A stretch of 64,000 bases of DNA from Clostridia bacterium. GTDB lineage: Bacteria; Bacillota; Clostridia; Oscillospirales; CAG-272. Shown piece by piece: positions 21,670 through 29,875 of this stretch; position 1 is the stretch's first letter, and each line of letters opens with the position of its first letter. Where the stretch lies: the NCBI GenBank assembly GCA_017481595.1, contig JAFUOY010000017.1, positions 5,117-69,116 of the forward strand, in the 5' to 3' direction. Both the position numbers and the translations under genes were made by a program. The notes below the pieces were generated by a model. It did no database searches. It was not told the DNA's origin and saw only the letters and a list, made by a program, of their open reading frames with translations.

Positions 21670-22752
21670 TCATAGAATGAGCATAGCATCTCCAAAGGAG
21701 AAAAATCTGTATTTTTCCTCTACGGCGGTTTTATACGCATTCATAATATTTTCCTTGCCTGCAAGGGCGGAAACAAGCATCAAAAGTGTGCTTTCGGGCA
21801 GGTGAAAATTGGTTATAAGTGCGTCTATTGCCTTGAATTTGTATCCCGGGTAAATAAAAATTCCCGTATTTGCGCTTAAGGGGTGTACGATTCCGTTTTC
21901 GTCCGTTGCGCTTTCAAGAGTTCTGCAGGAGGTGGTACCAACGGCAATTATTCTGCCGCCCGCCGATTTTCTTTCGTTGATTATTCTTGCGCTCTCCTCC
22001 GTAACGGTTATAAACTCGGAGTGCATAATATGGTCGGTGATCTTGTCCGCCTTAACGGGACGGAATGTGCCAAGACCGACGTGAAGCATAACGGGTACTA
22101 TTTTTACTCCCTTTGCCTCAATTTTTGCCATAAGCTCCTTTGTAAAGTGGAGTCCCGCAGTAGGCGCGGCGGCAGAGCCGTTTTCCCTTGCGTATACGGT
22201 CTGGTATCTGTCCTTGTCCTCTAATTTTTCCGTAATGTAGGGGGGTAAGGGCATGGAGCCGATAATGTTCAGAACCTCGTAAATATTGGTGTATTTTTTC
22301 TTATCGTAGGAAAAGTGCACGATTCTGTTGCCGTCCTCCACCACGGACTCAACCGTTGCGGTAAGGATATCTCCGTAGCGGATAGTACCGCCGATCTTTA
22401 CTTTCTTTGCGGGGCGGAGAAGCACCTCCCACTTGTCAGATTCTATCTGCTTTAAAAGTAGAGTCTCGATTTTGGACGCCTCCTGCACGAATTCCTCACC
22501 CTGTGGACGTATTTTCTCACCGTAAATACGGGCGGGAATAACCTTGGAGTCGTTTATAACAAGGGTGTCCCCCTCTTTTAAGTAGTCTATAATATCGTAA
22601 AAATGCTTGTGGGTGATATTTCCATCCTGAAGCACCAAAAGTCGGGAGTGGTCTCTTGGCTCTATGGGAGTCTGCGCGATAAGCTCCTGTGGAAGCTCAT
22701 AAAAAAAGTCCCTTGTGCGCAGGTTGGTGTCGGGCAACTGATTTTTGATCAT
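21670..22752 (-). CDS. queA: S-adenosylmethionine:tRNA ribosyltransferase-isomerase
   Basis: [35 protein letters not shown]. Confidence 0.96.
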   Translation of the reverse strand: MIKNQLPDTNLRTRDFFYELPQELIAQTPIEPRDHSRLLVLQDGNITHKHFYDIIDYLKEGDTLVINDSKVIPARIYGEKIRPQGEEFVQEASKIETLLLKQIESDKWEVLLRPAKKVKIGGTIRYGDILTATVESVVEDGNRIVHFSYDKKKYTNIYEVLNIIGSMPLPPYITEKLEDKDRYQTVYARENGSAAAPTAGLHFTKELMAKIEAKGVKIVPVMLHVGLGTFRPVKADKITDHIMHSEFITVTEESARIINERKSAGGRIIAVGTTSCRTLESATDENGIVHPLSANTGIFIYPGYKFKAIDALITNFHLPESTLLMLVSALAGKENIMNAYKTAVEEKYRFFSFGDAMLIL

Positions 22753-22878
22753 TTCTTTTCCTCTTTGTATCAAGTCAATAATAAATTGAATATTTTATAA
22801 TGAGAGTATATTTCTCTTTTAGTATACAATAATATTTTTTTGATTTCAACCGATTTTTACTTTTTCGGAGGGGAAAAT

Positions 22879-23772
22879 ATGAAATTTGATTATAAAAGCC
22901 TTACAGGGTGCATAACTGCCCTTATTACCCCCTTTAAAAACGGGGAGATAGATTATGACGCCTACGGCAATCTTATAGATTTTCAGATAAGCGCAGGGGT
23001 AAGCGGTATCGTTGTCCTTGGCACAACGGGAGAAAGCGCCACCGTTGACGAGGGGGAAAGGCGGCAGCTTATTTCCTTTGCAAAGGAGAAAATTGGGGGC
23101 CGTGTGCCAATGCTCGTGGGTACGGGCTCCAACAGTACCAAAAGGACGGTTGCCTTTACCGAGGATGCGGAAAAATACGGCGCGGACGGTATCCTTGCGG
23201 TAACGCCCTACTATAACAAGGCAACGGTATCGGGCCTTACGGAGCATTACAGAGTAGTGGCAGGCTCCACCTCCTTGCCCGTTATTCTTTATAACGTACC
23301 TGCAAGGACGGGGGTAAATATGACCTCTGCCACCTTAAAAAGGCTGGAGGACGTGTCCAATATTGTGGGTGTAAAGGAGGCGTCGGGCAGTATTGAAAAC
23401 ACCTTATCCATTTTAAGCGAGCTAAAGGACAGATTTCAAATCTACTCGGGCTGTGACGAGCTTACCGTACCCTTGATGTCCGTAGGGGCAAGGGGAGTAA
23501 TTTCCGCCTGCGCCAACGTCATTCCCGAAAAAATGGCGGGGATGTGTCGCGATTTTTACGAGGGACGTGTGGAAAAAAGCGGAAAAACACAAAATGAGAT
23601 CTACCCCTTTATTAAAGAAATGTTTGCGGAGGTAAATCCCATTCCCGTAAAGACCGCCCTTTACCTTATGGGCAAGTGCGAAAACGAATTCCGCCTGCCT
23701 ATGTGCGCCTCCACCAGGACGGAGCAGATAAGAAATATGCTTACAGATTATGGAATAGCAACGGCGAAATAA
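22879..23772 (+). CDS. dapA: 4-hydroxy-tetrahydrodipicolinate synthase
   Basis: GTTGES, TPYYNK, LYNVPARTG, GVKEASG, NPIPVK. Confidence 0.94.
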   Translation: MKFDYKSLTGCITALITPFKNGEIDYDAYGNLIDFQISAGVSGIVVLGTTGESATVDEGERRQLISFAKEKIGGRVPMLVGTGSNSTKRTVAFTEDAEKYGADGILAVTPYYNKATVSGLTEHYRVVAGSTSLPVILYNVPARTGVNMTSATLKRLEDVSNIVGVKEASGSIENTLSILSELKDRFQIYSGCDELTVPLMSVGARGVISACANVIPEKMAGMCRDFYEGRVEKSGKTQNEIYPFIKEMFAEVNPIPVKTALYLMGKCENEFRLPMCASTRTEQIRNMLTDYGIATAK

Positions 23773-23807
23773 TAGAGGGCCGATAAAAGGGGTAATAAAA
23801 ATGAATC

Positions 23808-23936
23808 AGCCTTCCCTAAGAAAGGGAAGGTGGATGCGAAGCAGACGGATGAGTATGTATCTAAAAAGTAACTAACTAAAAAGAGCATACTCATCCACCA
23901 CTACCGTGGTCCCCCTTCCCTTTCTTAGGGAAGGCT
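23808..23936. repeat. REP-like family 1 inverted doublet
   Basis: AGCCTTCCCTAAGAAAGGGAAGG...GGATGAGTATG / CATACTCATCC...CCTTCCCTTTCTTAGGGAAGGCT. Confidence 0.85.
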
Positions 23937-23964
23937 ACAAGTAACTTGTTTTGCATCAAAATAC

Positions 23965-23993
23965 AAAAGGGACGAGATTATCTCGTCCCTTTT
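23965..23993. terminator. Bidirectional terminator
   Basis: AAAAGGGACGAGAT-T-ATCTCGTCCCTTTT. Confidence 0.8.
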
Positions 23994-24077
23994 ACACACA
24001 ACCTTGACTGTAAGGGCAAACATCGTTCGGCGCGCCTGCTTTATCGCAGGTCGCCGCTCAGGGAGTTTTTAAGCATA

Positions 24078-24749
24078 TCAGTCGTCACAACGGCGAAGTG
24101 AAATTATAAAGGGGTTTTCCTTCATGATCTTTGTAAGCTCCGCGGAGCGATGCTCTCTTTCCGTAAGGAGCGTGGCGCTATAAATCAGGCGCTCGCCCTG
24201 TCGGGTGATCAAAAGACTGTTGAAACGGTCAACGCCGAATTCCTTTTTGATAAGGTTGTTTTCGTCGTCCACCTGGTAGAAAACGATTTCAATTGTGAAC
24301 TTAAGCTTGTGCTTGAAAAGTCTGAAATTGGTGTGGAAAAGAAGCTGAGCGGAGATCATAAGAGCAGATGCAACCACCGCAAGTATGTAAAGTCCGCCGC
24401 CGCAAGCCATACCAACGCCTGCAGTTGTCCAAACGCCTGCCGCCGTGGTAAGTCCCTTTGTTTCGTGCTTACGGTATACGATAATGCCTGCACCAAGGAA
24501 GCCGACGCCTGAAACTATCTGCGCCGCAACTCTGCCGGCATCCGATGCTCCGTCAAAGCCATAAATGGAAACAAGCATAATAAGGGCAGAACCAAGACAA
24601 ACGATGGTGTGGGTACGGATGCCCGCCTCCTTGTAACGTCTTTTTCTTTCGTATCCTATGGCAAAGCCCAAGATCACAGCAAGAAGAAGGCGAAAAATAT
24701 TTTCAAGCTCAAAGGCTAAATTTATATTAGAAAAATAGTCCAGCATCAT
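24078..24749 (-). CDS. MgtC/SapB family membrane protein
   Basis: IGYER, AGIRTH, RVAAQIVSGVGFLGAG, GLTTAA. Confidence 0.92.
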   Translation of the reverse strand: MMLDYFSNINLAFELENIFRLLLAVILGFAIGYERKRRYKEAGIRTHTIVCLGSALIMLVSIYGFDGASDAGRVAAQIVSGVGFLGAGIIVYRKHETKGLTTAAGVWTTAGVGMACGGGLYILAVVASALMISAQLLFHTNFRLFKHKLKFTIEIVFYQVDDENNLIKKEFGVDRFNSLLITRQGERLIYSATLLTEREHRSAELTKIMKENPFIISLRRCDD

Positions 24750-24755
24750 ATCCTC

Positions 24756-25484
24756 CTATAAGGGTTTTTTACTTATTTGGGAATTGTTTCTCGGGTATTT
24801 TTGCGGGGTATGTGTTTGTTTTCTTATAATTACCATTGTTCTCTCAAGGCTTTCCACCCCGTTTGTAAGAGTGTAGTTTATTACATTTTCACATTCAGCT
24901 CCAAGGAGAGAAATGGCATTTTTTGATTCCTCAAGCTCCTCGGCGGTGGTCCTTGATTTCATTGCGATAAATGCGCCGCCCTTTTTAACAAGGGGAATAC
25001 AAAGCTCGCAAAGGAGATTTAATCTGCCCACCGCGCGTGCGCAGGCAATATCAAATTTCTCTCTGTATTCTGCATCCTTGCCAAGCTCCTCTGCCCGTCT
25101 GTTTGACACGGAAATTGAGGAAATGTCAAGGAGGGTGGCTGTATTTTTAACGTATTCTACCTTTTTGGTGACGCTATCCACTCCTAAAACGGATACGTCA
25201 TCCCTTAAGATCGATATAGGAAAGGTGGGAAAGCCCCCTCCGCAGCCTATATCCACTATTCTTGCCCCCTCAGGCAGCAGGGGAACGATAGCGCAGGAGT
25301 CAACGATATGCTTTAAAATAACGCCGTCCGTATCTCTTATGGCGGTTAAATTAAGCTCCTCGTTAACCTTTAACATATGTGTGGAAAAGCGCTCAAATAA
25401 AGCTGCCTTTTCCTCGTTTATAAGGCCGCGGGTCGCTTCGTTAAGGTCGGCAACCCTGATCAGCTTATTCTGAAATTCCGTCAT
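24756..25484 (-). CDS. rsmG: 16S rRNA m7G527 methyltransferase
   Basis: NLTAI, KHIVDS, DIGCGGGFP, RAEE, ARAV, KYPR. Confidence 0.93.
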   Translation of the reverse strand: MTEFQNKLIRVADLNEATRGLINEEKAALFERFSTHMLKVNEELNLTAIRDTDGVILKHIVDSCAIVPLLPEGARIVDIGCGGGFPTFPISILRDDVSVLGVDSVTKKVEYVKNTATLLDISSISVSNRRAEELGKDAEYREKFDIACARAVGRLNLLCELCIPLVKKGGAFIAMKSRTTAEELEESKNAISLLGAECENVINYTLTNGVESLERTMVIIRKQTHTPQKYPRNNSQISKKPL

Positions 25485-25493
25485 ATTGCCTCC

Positions 25494-26414
25494 TTAGCTC
25501 AAGGCCTCAAGCCTTTTTAATAATTCCGTAAATTCCTTTGGCAGCTCCGTTTCAAAGCGCATGATCTCCTTCGTTACGGGATGTGGGAAGGAAAGCTCCT
25601 TGGCGTGGAGGCATTGACCCTGTAGAAGTGGCGCGTTTGCCTTTTCAAAGGGAGTTTTGCCGCCGCCGTAAACCGTATCGCCGATTATGGGATGCCCAAG
25701 ATAGCTCATATGGACGCGTATCTGATGGGTGCGCCCTGTTTCAAGCTCCATTTTTGCGTGGGTAAAGGATCTATACTCACAAAGGGCGGTGTAGTGGGTA
25801 ATTGCCTCACGTCCCCCGGAAATTACCGCCATTTTCTTTCTGTCGGACGGGCATCTGCCGATGGGGGCGTCAACCGTGCCGTTGGGACTTTTAAAATGCC
25901 CCGTTACTATTGCGTGATATACTCGTTTTATACCGTGGTCCTTTAAAAGAGAGGACAAAAACAGATGCGCCTCGTCGTTTTTTGCCACTACAAGAAGACC
26001 TGAGGTATCCTTGTCTATTCTGTGTACGATGCCCGGGCGGACAACTCCGTTTATCCCCGACAAGGAGCCCTTACAATGATACATAAGCGCGTTTACAAGA
26101 GTTCCGCTTGGGTTTCCCGGGGCGGGATGCACCACCATACCCGAGGGCTTGTTTACAACTATTATATGCTCATCCTCGTAAACAATGTCAAGTGGGATAT
26201 TTTCGGGCTCTGCGTTCAGAACCTCGATCTCCTCCTCCTCGACGGTAATATCGTCGTCCTTGCGGAGCTTGTAATTTTTGCTCTCAAGCTTATCGTTTAC
26301 CCTTACAAGACCGTTTTCTATCATTGATTGTGCGTGGGATCTTGTAACCCCCAAAAGCTCAGAAACGTACACGTCAAGGCGTTTTTTTACGTCACTCTCC
26401 TGTATTTTCATCAC
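25494..26414 (-). CDS. rluD: RluA/RluD-family pseudouridine synthase with S4 domain
   Basis: VNKPSGMVVHP, VHRIDKDTSG, LETGRTHQIRVH. Confidence 0.9.
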   Translation of the reverse strand: MMKIQESDVKKRLDVYVSELLGVTRSHAQSMIENGLVRVNDKLESKNYKLRKDDDITVEEEEIEVLNAEPENIPLDIVYEDEHIIVVNKPSGMVVHPAPGNPSGTLVNALMYHCKGSLSGINGVVRPGIVHRIDKDTSGLLVVAKNDEAHLFLSSLLKDHGIKRVYHAIVTGHFKSPNGTVDAPIGRCPSDRKKMAVISGGREAITHYTALCEYRSFTHAKMELETGRTHQIRVHMSYLGHPIIGDTVYGGGKTPFEKANAPLLQGQCLHAKELSFPHPVTKEIMRFETELPKEFTELLKRLEALS

Positions 26415-26892
26415 TTGAAGCCGCCTTTTTCGCTTTTTGCTCCTTTATCATAGAAAGGATGAAGCCGAGAATAGTAATGCCTGATCCTACGCAAACGCAG
26501 CAGTCTGCAAAATTGAACACGTAGAAGTCGATAAATCTGCAATCTATCATATCAACCACGTATTTAAGACAAATACGGTCTATCATATTTCCGATGCCGC
26601 CGCCGATAATAAGGGCAATACCGATCTTCGTTAAAATACCCTCCTCGCAGAACTTTATAAGATATACGGAAAGAGCGATAAGGGCCACTATGGAAAGGGT
26701 CATAAATACCCATCTGTGCTCGGAGAGCATACCGAATGCCGCACCCTCGTTACGAACGTAGGTAAAGTGGAAAATATCCTTTATTATGGGGATAGTTTCT
26801 CCAACGGTCATATTTGCTCTTACGATAGCCTTCGTTATCTGGTCGATGCCTATGGAGGCTGCTATAGTGCTTAAAATAATTATTAAGGTCAT
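26392..26892 (-). CDS. lspA: Signal peptidase II
   Basis: DQITK, NEGAAFG, GNMIDR, VVDMI, FNFAD. Confidence 0.94.
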   Translation of the reverse strand: MTLIIILSTIAASIGIDQITKAIVRANMTVGETIPIIKDIFHFTYVRNEGAAFGMLSEHRWVFMTLSIVALIALSVYLIKFCEEGILTKIGIALIIGGGIGNMIDRICLKYVVDMIDCRFIDFYVFNFADCCVCVGSGITILGFILSMIKEQKAKKAASSDENTGE

Positions 26893-26901
26893 TTTTACCT
26901 C

Positions 26902-27168
26902 CTAAATAAACAATACGGCAAGGCGGGAAATAACGCCGAGGCCTATAAATAAGATCAGCATTGAAAAGTCAATGGGGCATCTGCGGAACACGTCAAATCT
27001 GAAGAGAAAATCTCTTATAGGGCGTAAAACGGGCTCCGTCAGCATAAATGCAAAATCATAAAGCTTGGATTCCTGAAAATAGGGCACCCATGAGCAGATG
27101 GCTCGGGCGCAGAGTATCAGCTCATAAACGGAAATGAGGGATACCAATGTGTATACTAAATAAAACAT
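26902..27168 (-). CDS. YggT/YlmG family membrane protein
   Basis: SWVP, LTEPVLRPIR, IDFS. Confidence 0.9.
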   Translation of the reverse strand: MFYLVYTLVSLISVYELILCARAICSWVPYFQESKLYDFAFMLTEPVLRPIRDFLFRFDVFRRCPIDFSMLILFIGLGVISRLAVLFI

Positions 27169-27183
27169 TTTTGTACCCTACTA

Positions 27184-27570
27184 TCAAAGATTTGTAAAGG
27201 TGTCTTCATCGCGCTTCTTATTAAAGATCTCGCCGCCTACGTCAACCTTTTTGGGGGCGATAAAGAAGGACTCTGCGGTTGCCTGCTTGATGGTTGCATC
27301 AAGGGCGTAGGCAGATCCGCTTACGAAGTCGATCATTCTGCGGTAGAGGGATTTGTCTATATGCTCAAGATTGAGAAGAACGGTCTTGCCCTCCTTAAGG
27401 TGGTCGATAGCCACCAATAGAGTTTCAAAATTGATAGGCTTAACGAGCTTTAATTCAATATCTCCGCCTCCCAAGGAAATGCTGGCGTTATCCTTTTTGC
27501 CTTCTTCCTCAACTATTTCGTCATCTGCGTCGATCTCAACGTATTTTTTTGATTTTCTGAAAAGTCCCAT
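27184..27570 (-). CDS. sepF: Cell division protein SepF
   Basis: VLLNLE, RRMIDFVSGSAYALD; ylm context. Confidence 0.9.
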   Translation of the reverse strand: MGLFRKSKKYVEIDADDEIVEEEGKKDNASISLGGGDIELKLVKPINFETLLVAIDHLKEGKTVLLNLEHIDKSLYRRMIDFVSGSAYALDATIKQATAESFFIAPKKVDVGGEIFNKKRDEDTFTNL

Positions 27571-27572
27571 AA

Positions 27573-28241
27573 TTAATTCCTTTCTCCGAAGATCGCGCTG
27601 CCCACTCTTACCATATTAGCGCCCGCCTCTATTGCGTACAGATAGCTTTCGCTCATACCCATAGAAAGAACTGCGTCGTCCTCGTCTTTAAATAATTTAT
27701 CAAAAATTTTTTTGGTCAATGTAAAATATTTCATATATTCCTCTTTGGTATTGCACCTTGGCGCCATAGTCATAAGACCACGCACGTGTATAAAGGGAAT
27801 ATTCTGAAGTGAGGCGTAAAATTCCTCCACGTCCTCGGGCATAATTCCGCCCTTTGCCTCCTCCTTGCCGCTGTTTACCTCTATCAAAACGTCCATTACC
27901 TTGTTTATTTTGGAGCATTTTGCGCTTATTTCCTCAGCAAGGGATAAAGAATCAACGGAGTGTATCATATCCACCTTATCGTAGATATATTTTACTTTAT
28001 TTCTCTGTAAGGAGCCGATAAGATGCAAAGAAGCCCGTCTGTCAAGCAACTCGTACTTTTCTCTTACCTCGTTTACTCTGTTTTCTCCGATAAGGTCAGC
28101 GCCAAGGGAAATAAGATAGTTTATATCCTCTGCGCTTTGGGTTTTCGTGGCAATAAGCAGCTTGACCTTGCCTTCCTTATCAAGCTCCTTAATACCCCTT
28201 AACACTTTTTCGTAATTTAATTTTATCTGTTCCTTGGTCAT
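27573..28241 (-). CDS. yggS: PLP homeostasis protein YggS/YlmE
   Basis: GENRV, HLIGSLQRNK, GLMTM, LSMGMS, VRVGSAIFG. Confidence 0.93.
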   Translation of the reverse strand: MTKEQIKLNYEKVLRGIKELDKEGKVKLLIATKTQSAEDINYLISLGADLIGENRVNEVREKYELLDRRASLHLIGSLQRNKVKYIYDKVDMIHSVDSLSLAEEISAKCSKINKVMDVLIEVNSGKEEAKGGIMPEDVEEFYASLQNIPFIHVRGLMTMAPRCNTKEEYMKYFTLTKKIFDKLFKDEDDAVLSMGMSESYLYAIEAGANMVRVGSAIFGERN

Positions 28242-29161
28242 ATAAAATCTCCCACGTGACGAAGCACCGCCTCATAGGGGTCCTCCTTGTCAACGTATAC
28301 GGTAATATAATTGCTTTTTTTCTTGAACCAGGTAAGCTGGCGCTTTGCGTAATGCCTTGTGGAAAGCTTCAGCTGTGCAATACAGGCTTCAAGGTCCCTT
28401 TCGCCCTTAACGTAAGGGATCAGCTCCTTGTAGCCGATAGCTCCCGATGCCGTTGCCGAGGACTCAAAGGTGCCCGTTTCGTAAAGGCGTCTTACCTCAT
28501 CAAGGAGTCCTGCCTCCATCATTATATCAACTCGCTTTTCTATTCTTGAATAGAGAAGCTCCTTGTCCTCGCAGGTCAGAAAGAATATTTTCGATTCGTA
28601 GGGAGAGGGCTCTTTTTTGTTTTCCTTGTCTATTACGCTTTTTGGCTTGCCCGTGCATTTATATATTTCAAGGGCGCGTATTACTCTTTTTACGTTATTA
28701 TAGTGGATTGCCTCCGCGCTTACGGGGTCAATCTCCTTTAGCATATTATGTAGGGTGAGCGCGCCGTTTTTGTTTGCAAAATCCTCAAGGGAGTGTCTGT
28801 ATTCCTCGTCTGCCACCGTTTCTCCAAAGGTGGATATCTCAAGGACACTGTCAAGATACAGTCCCGTGCCTCCGCAAAAGATGGGGGTTTTACCTCTTTT
28901 TGTAATATCGGCAATCAGCTCTCTTGCTCTCTTTGCGTAGTCCGCGCAGGAAAAGGCTTTGCTTGGGTCTATAATATCGATCAGATGGTGGGTAACCCCA
29001 TCCATTTCCTCCTTGGTTACCTTTGCCGTACCGATATCCATTCCCTTATATATCTGCATGGAGTCGCAGGAAATTATCTCGCCGTTGTATTTTTTTGCCA
29101 GCCTTACGGAAAGGGAGGTCTTACCTACCGCCGTGGGGCCTACTATTCCCAATACCTTCAT
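28238..29161 (-). CDS. miaA: tRNA dimethylallyltransferase
   Basis: GPTAVGKT, DSMQIY, DIGTAK, GGTGLY, YAKRQLTW. Confidence 0.96.
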   Translation of the reverse strand: MKVLGIVGPTAVGKTSLSVRLAKKYNGEIISCDSMQIYKGMDIGTAKVTKEEMDGVTHHLIDIIDPSKAFSCADYAKRARELIADITKRGKTPIFCGGTGLYLDSVLEISTFGETVADEEYRHSLEDFANKNGALTLHNMLKEIDPVSAEAIHYNNVKRVIRALEIYKCTGKPKSVIDKENKKEPSPYESKIFFLTCEDKELLYSRIEKRVDIMMEAGLLDEVRRLYETGTFESSATASGAIGYKELIPYVKGERDLEACIAQLKLSTRHYAKRQLTWFKKKSNYITVYVDKEDPYEAVLRHVGDFI

Positions 29162-29172
29162 TTCTGCCTCCT

Positions 29173-29865
29173 TTAAATAAAGAATATCTTTTCAAGAGAG
29201 CGGCGCATAGGCTTACAGATGGCAACCACGATAAGCATCATTCCAAGAAGGAAGAACACAAGGGCGGGGTAGAAGGACCATATAAAGCGGATGCTGTCAA
29301 AGAAGGTAAGGCGGATAAGAAATTCAATAAGGACGGTAAAAAGCCCCGTTGCGATAAATCCGCCTCCGAGAGTGTAAAGAAAGCCGCGTCTTACGTATCT
29401 TTTAAGGGTGATCATTGTGGTGCTTATAATACATATTCCAAGGGTAATTGGCAAAGCGAAGGTGAAAAACCAGCTTTCCCCTCTTATAAAGGATATAAAC
29501 CAGAGAAATACCGCCGTCGCTCCAAAATCACAGGGGACGAATATTACGGGATTTGGGGATTTAAACCACAGGGGAAGCACAATTATTACGTAAGTAAGCA
29601 AAAGGGCGCTTATTACGTAGCGTGACCAGGTCATACGGTGAAATACCGTAATATCACACACGAAAAGGACGGACATTGCAATAAAATACAAAACGCTGAT
29701 AACGAAAAGTATGCCTATCCTGTTATATTCCGTCTGGGGAGCGCCGCCCTTTGGGAAAAGCAAGCCTTCCTTGGATATAAAATCGGGGTGGTATACCTCT
29801 GTGTTACAAAGGGGGCATTTTTTCTGCCCGTCAGTAAGCTCTACACCGCATTTTATACAGTACAT
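29173..29865 (-). CDS. Zinc-ribbon plus multi-TM membrane protein (DUF6320-like)
   Basis: CIKC...CPLC followed by about 6-7 TM segments. Confidence 0.75.
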   Translation of the reverse strand: MYCIKCGVELTDGQKKCPLCNTEVYHPDFISKEGLLFPKGGAPQTEYNRIGILFVISVLYFIAMSVLFVCDITVFHRMTWSRYVISALLLTYVIIVLPLWFKSPNPVIFVPCDFGATAVFLWFISFIRGESWFFTFALPITLGICIISTTMITLKRYVRRGFLYTLGGGFIATGLFTVLIEFLIRLTFFDSIRFIWSFYPALVFFLLGMMLIVVAICKPMRRSLEKIFFI

Positions 29866-29875
29866 ATTATCCTCC

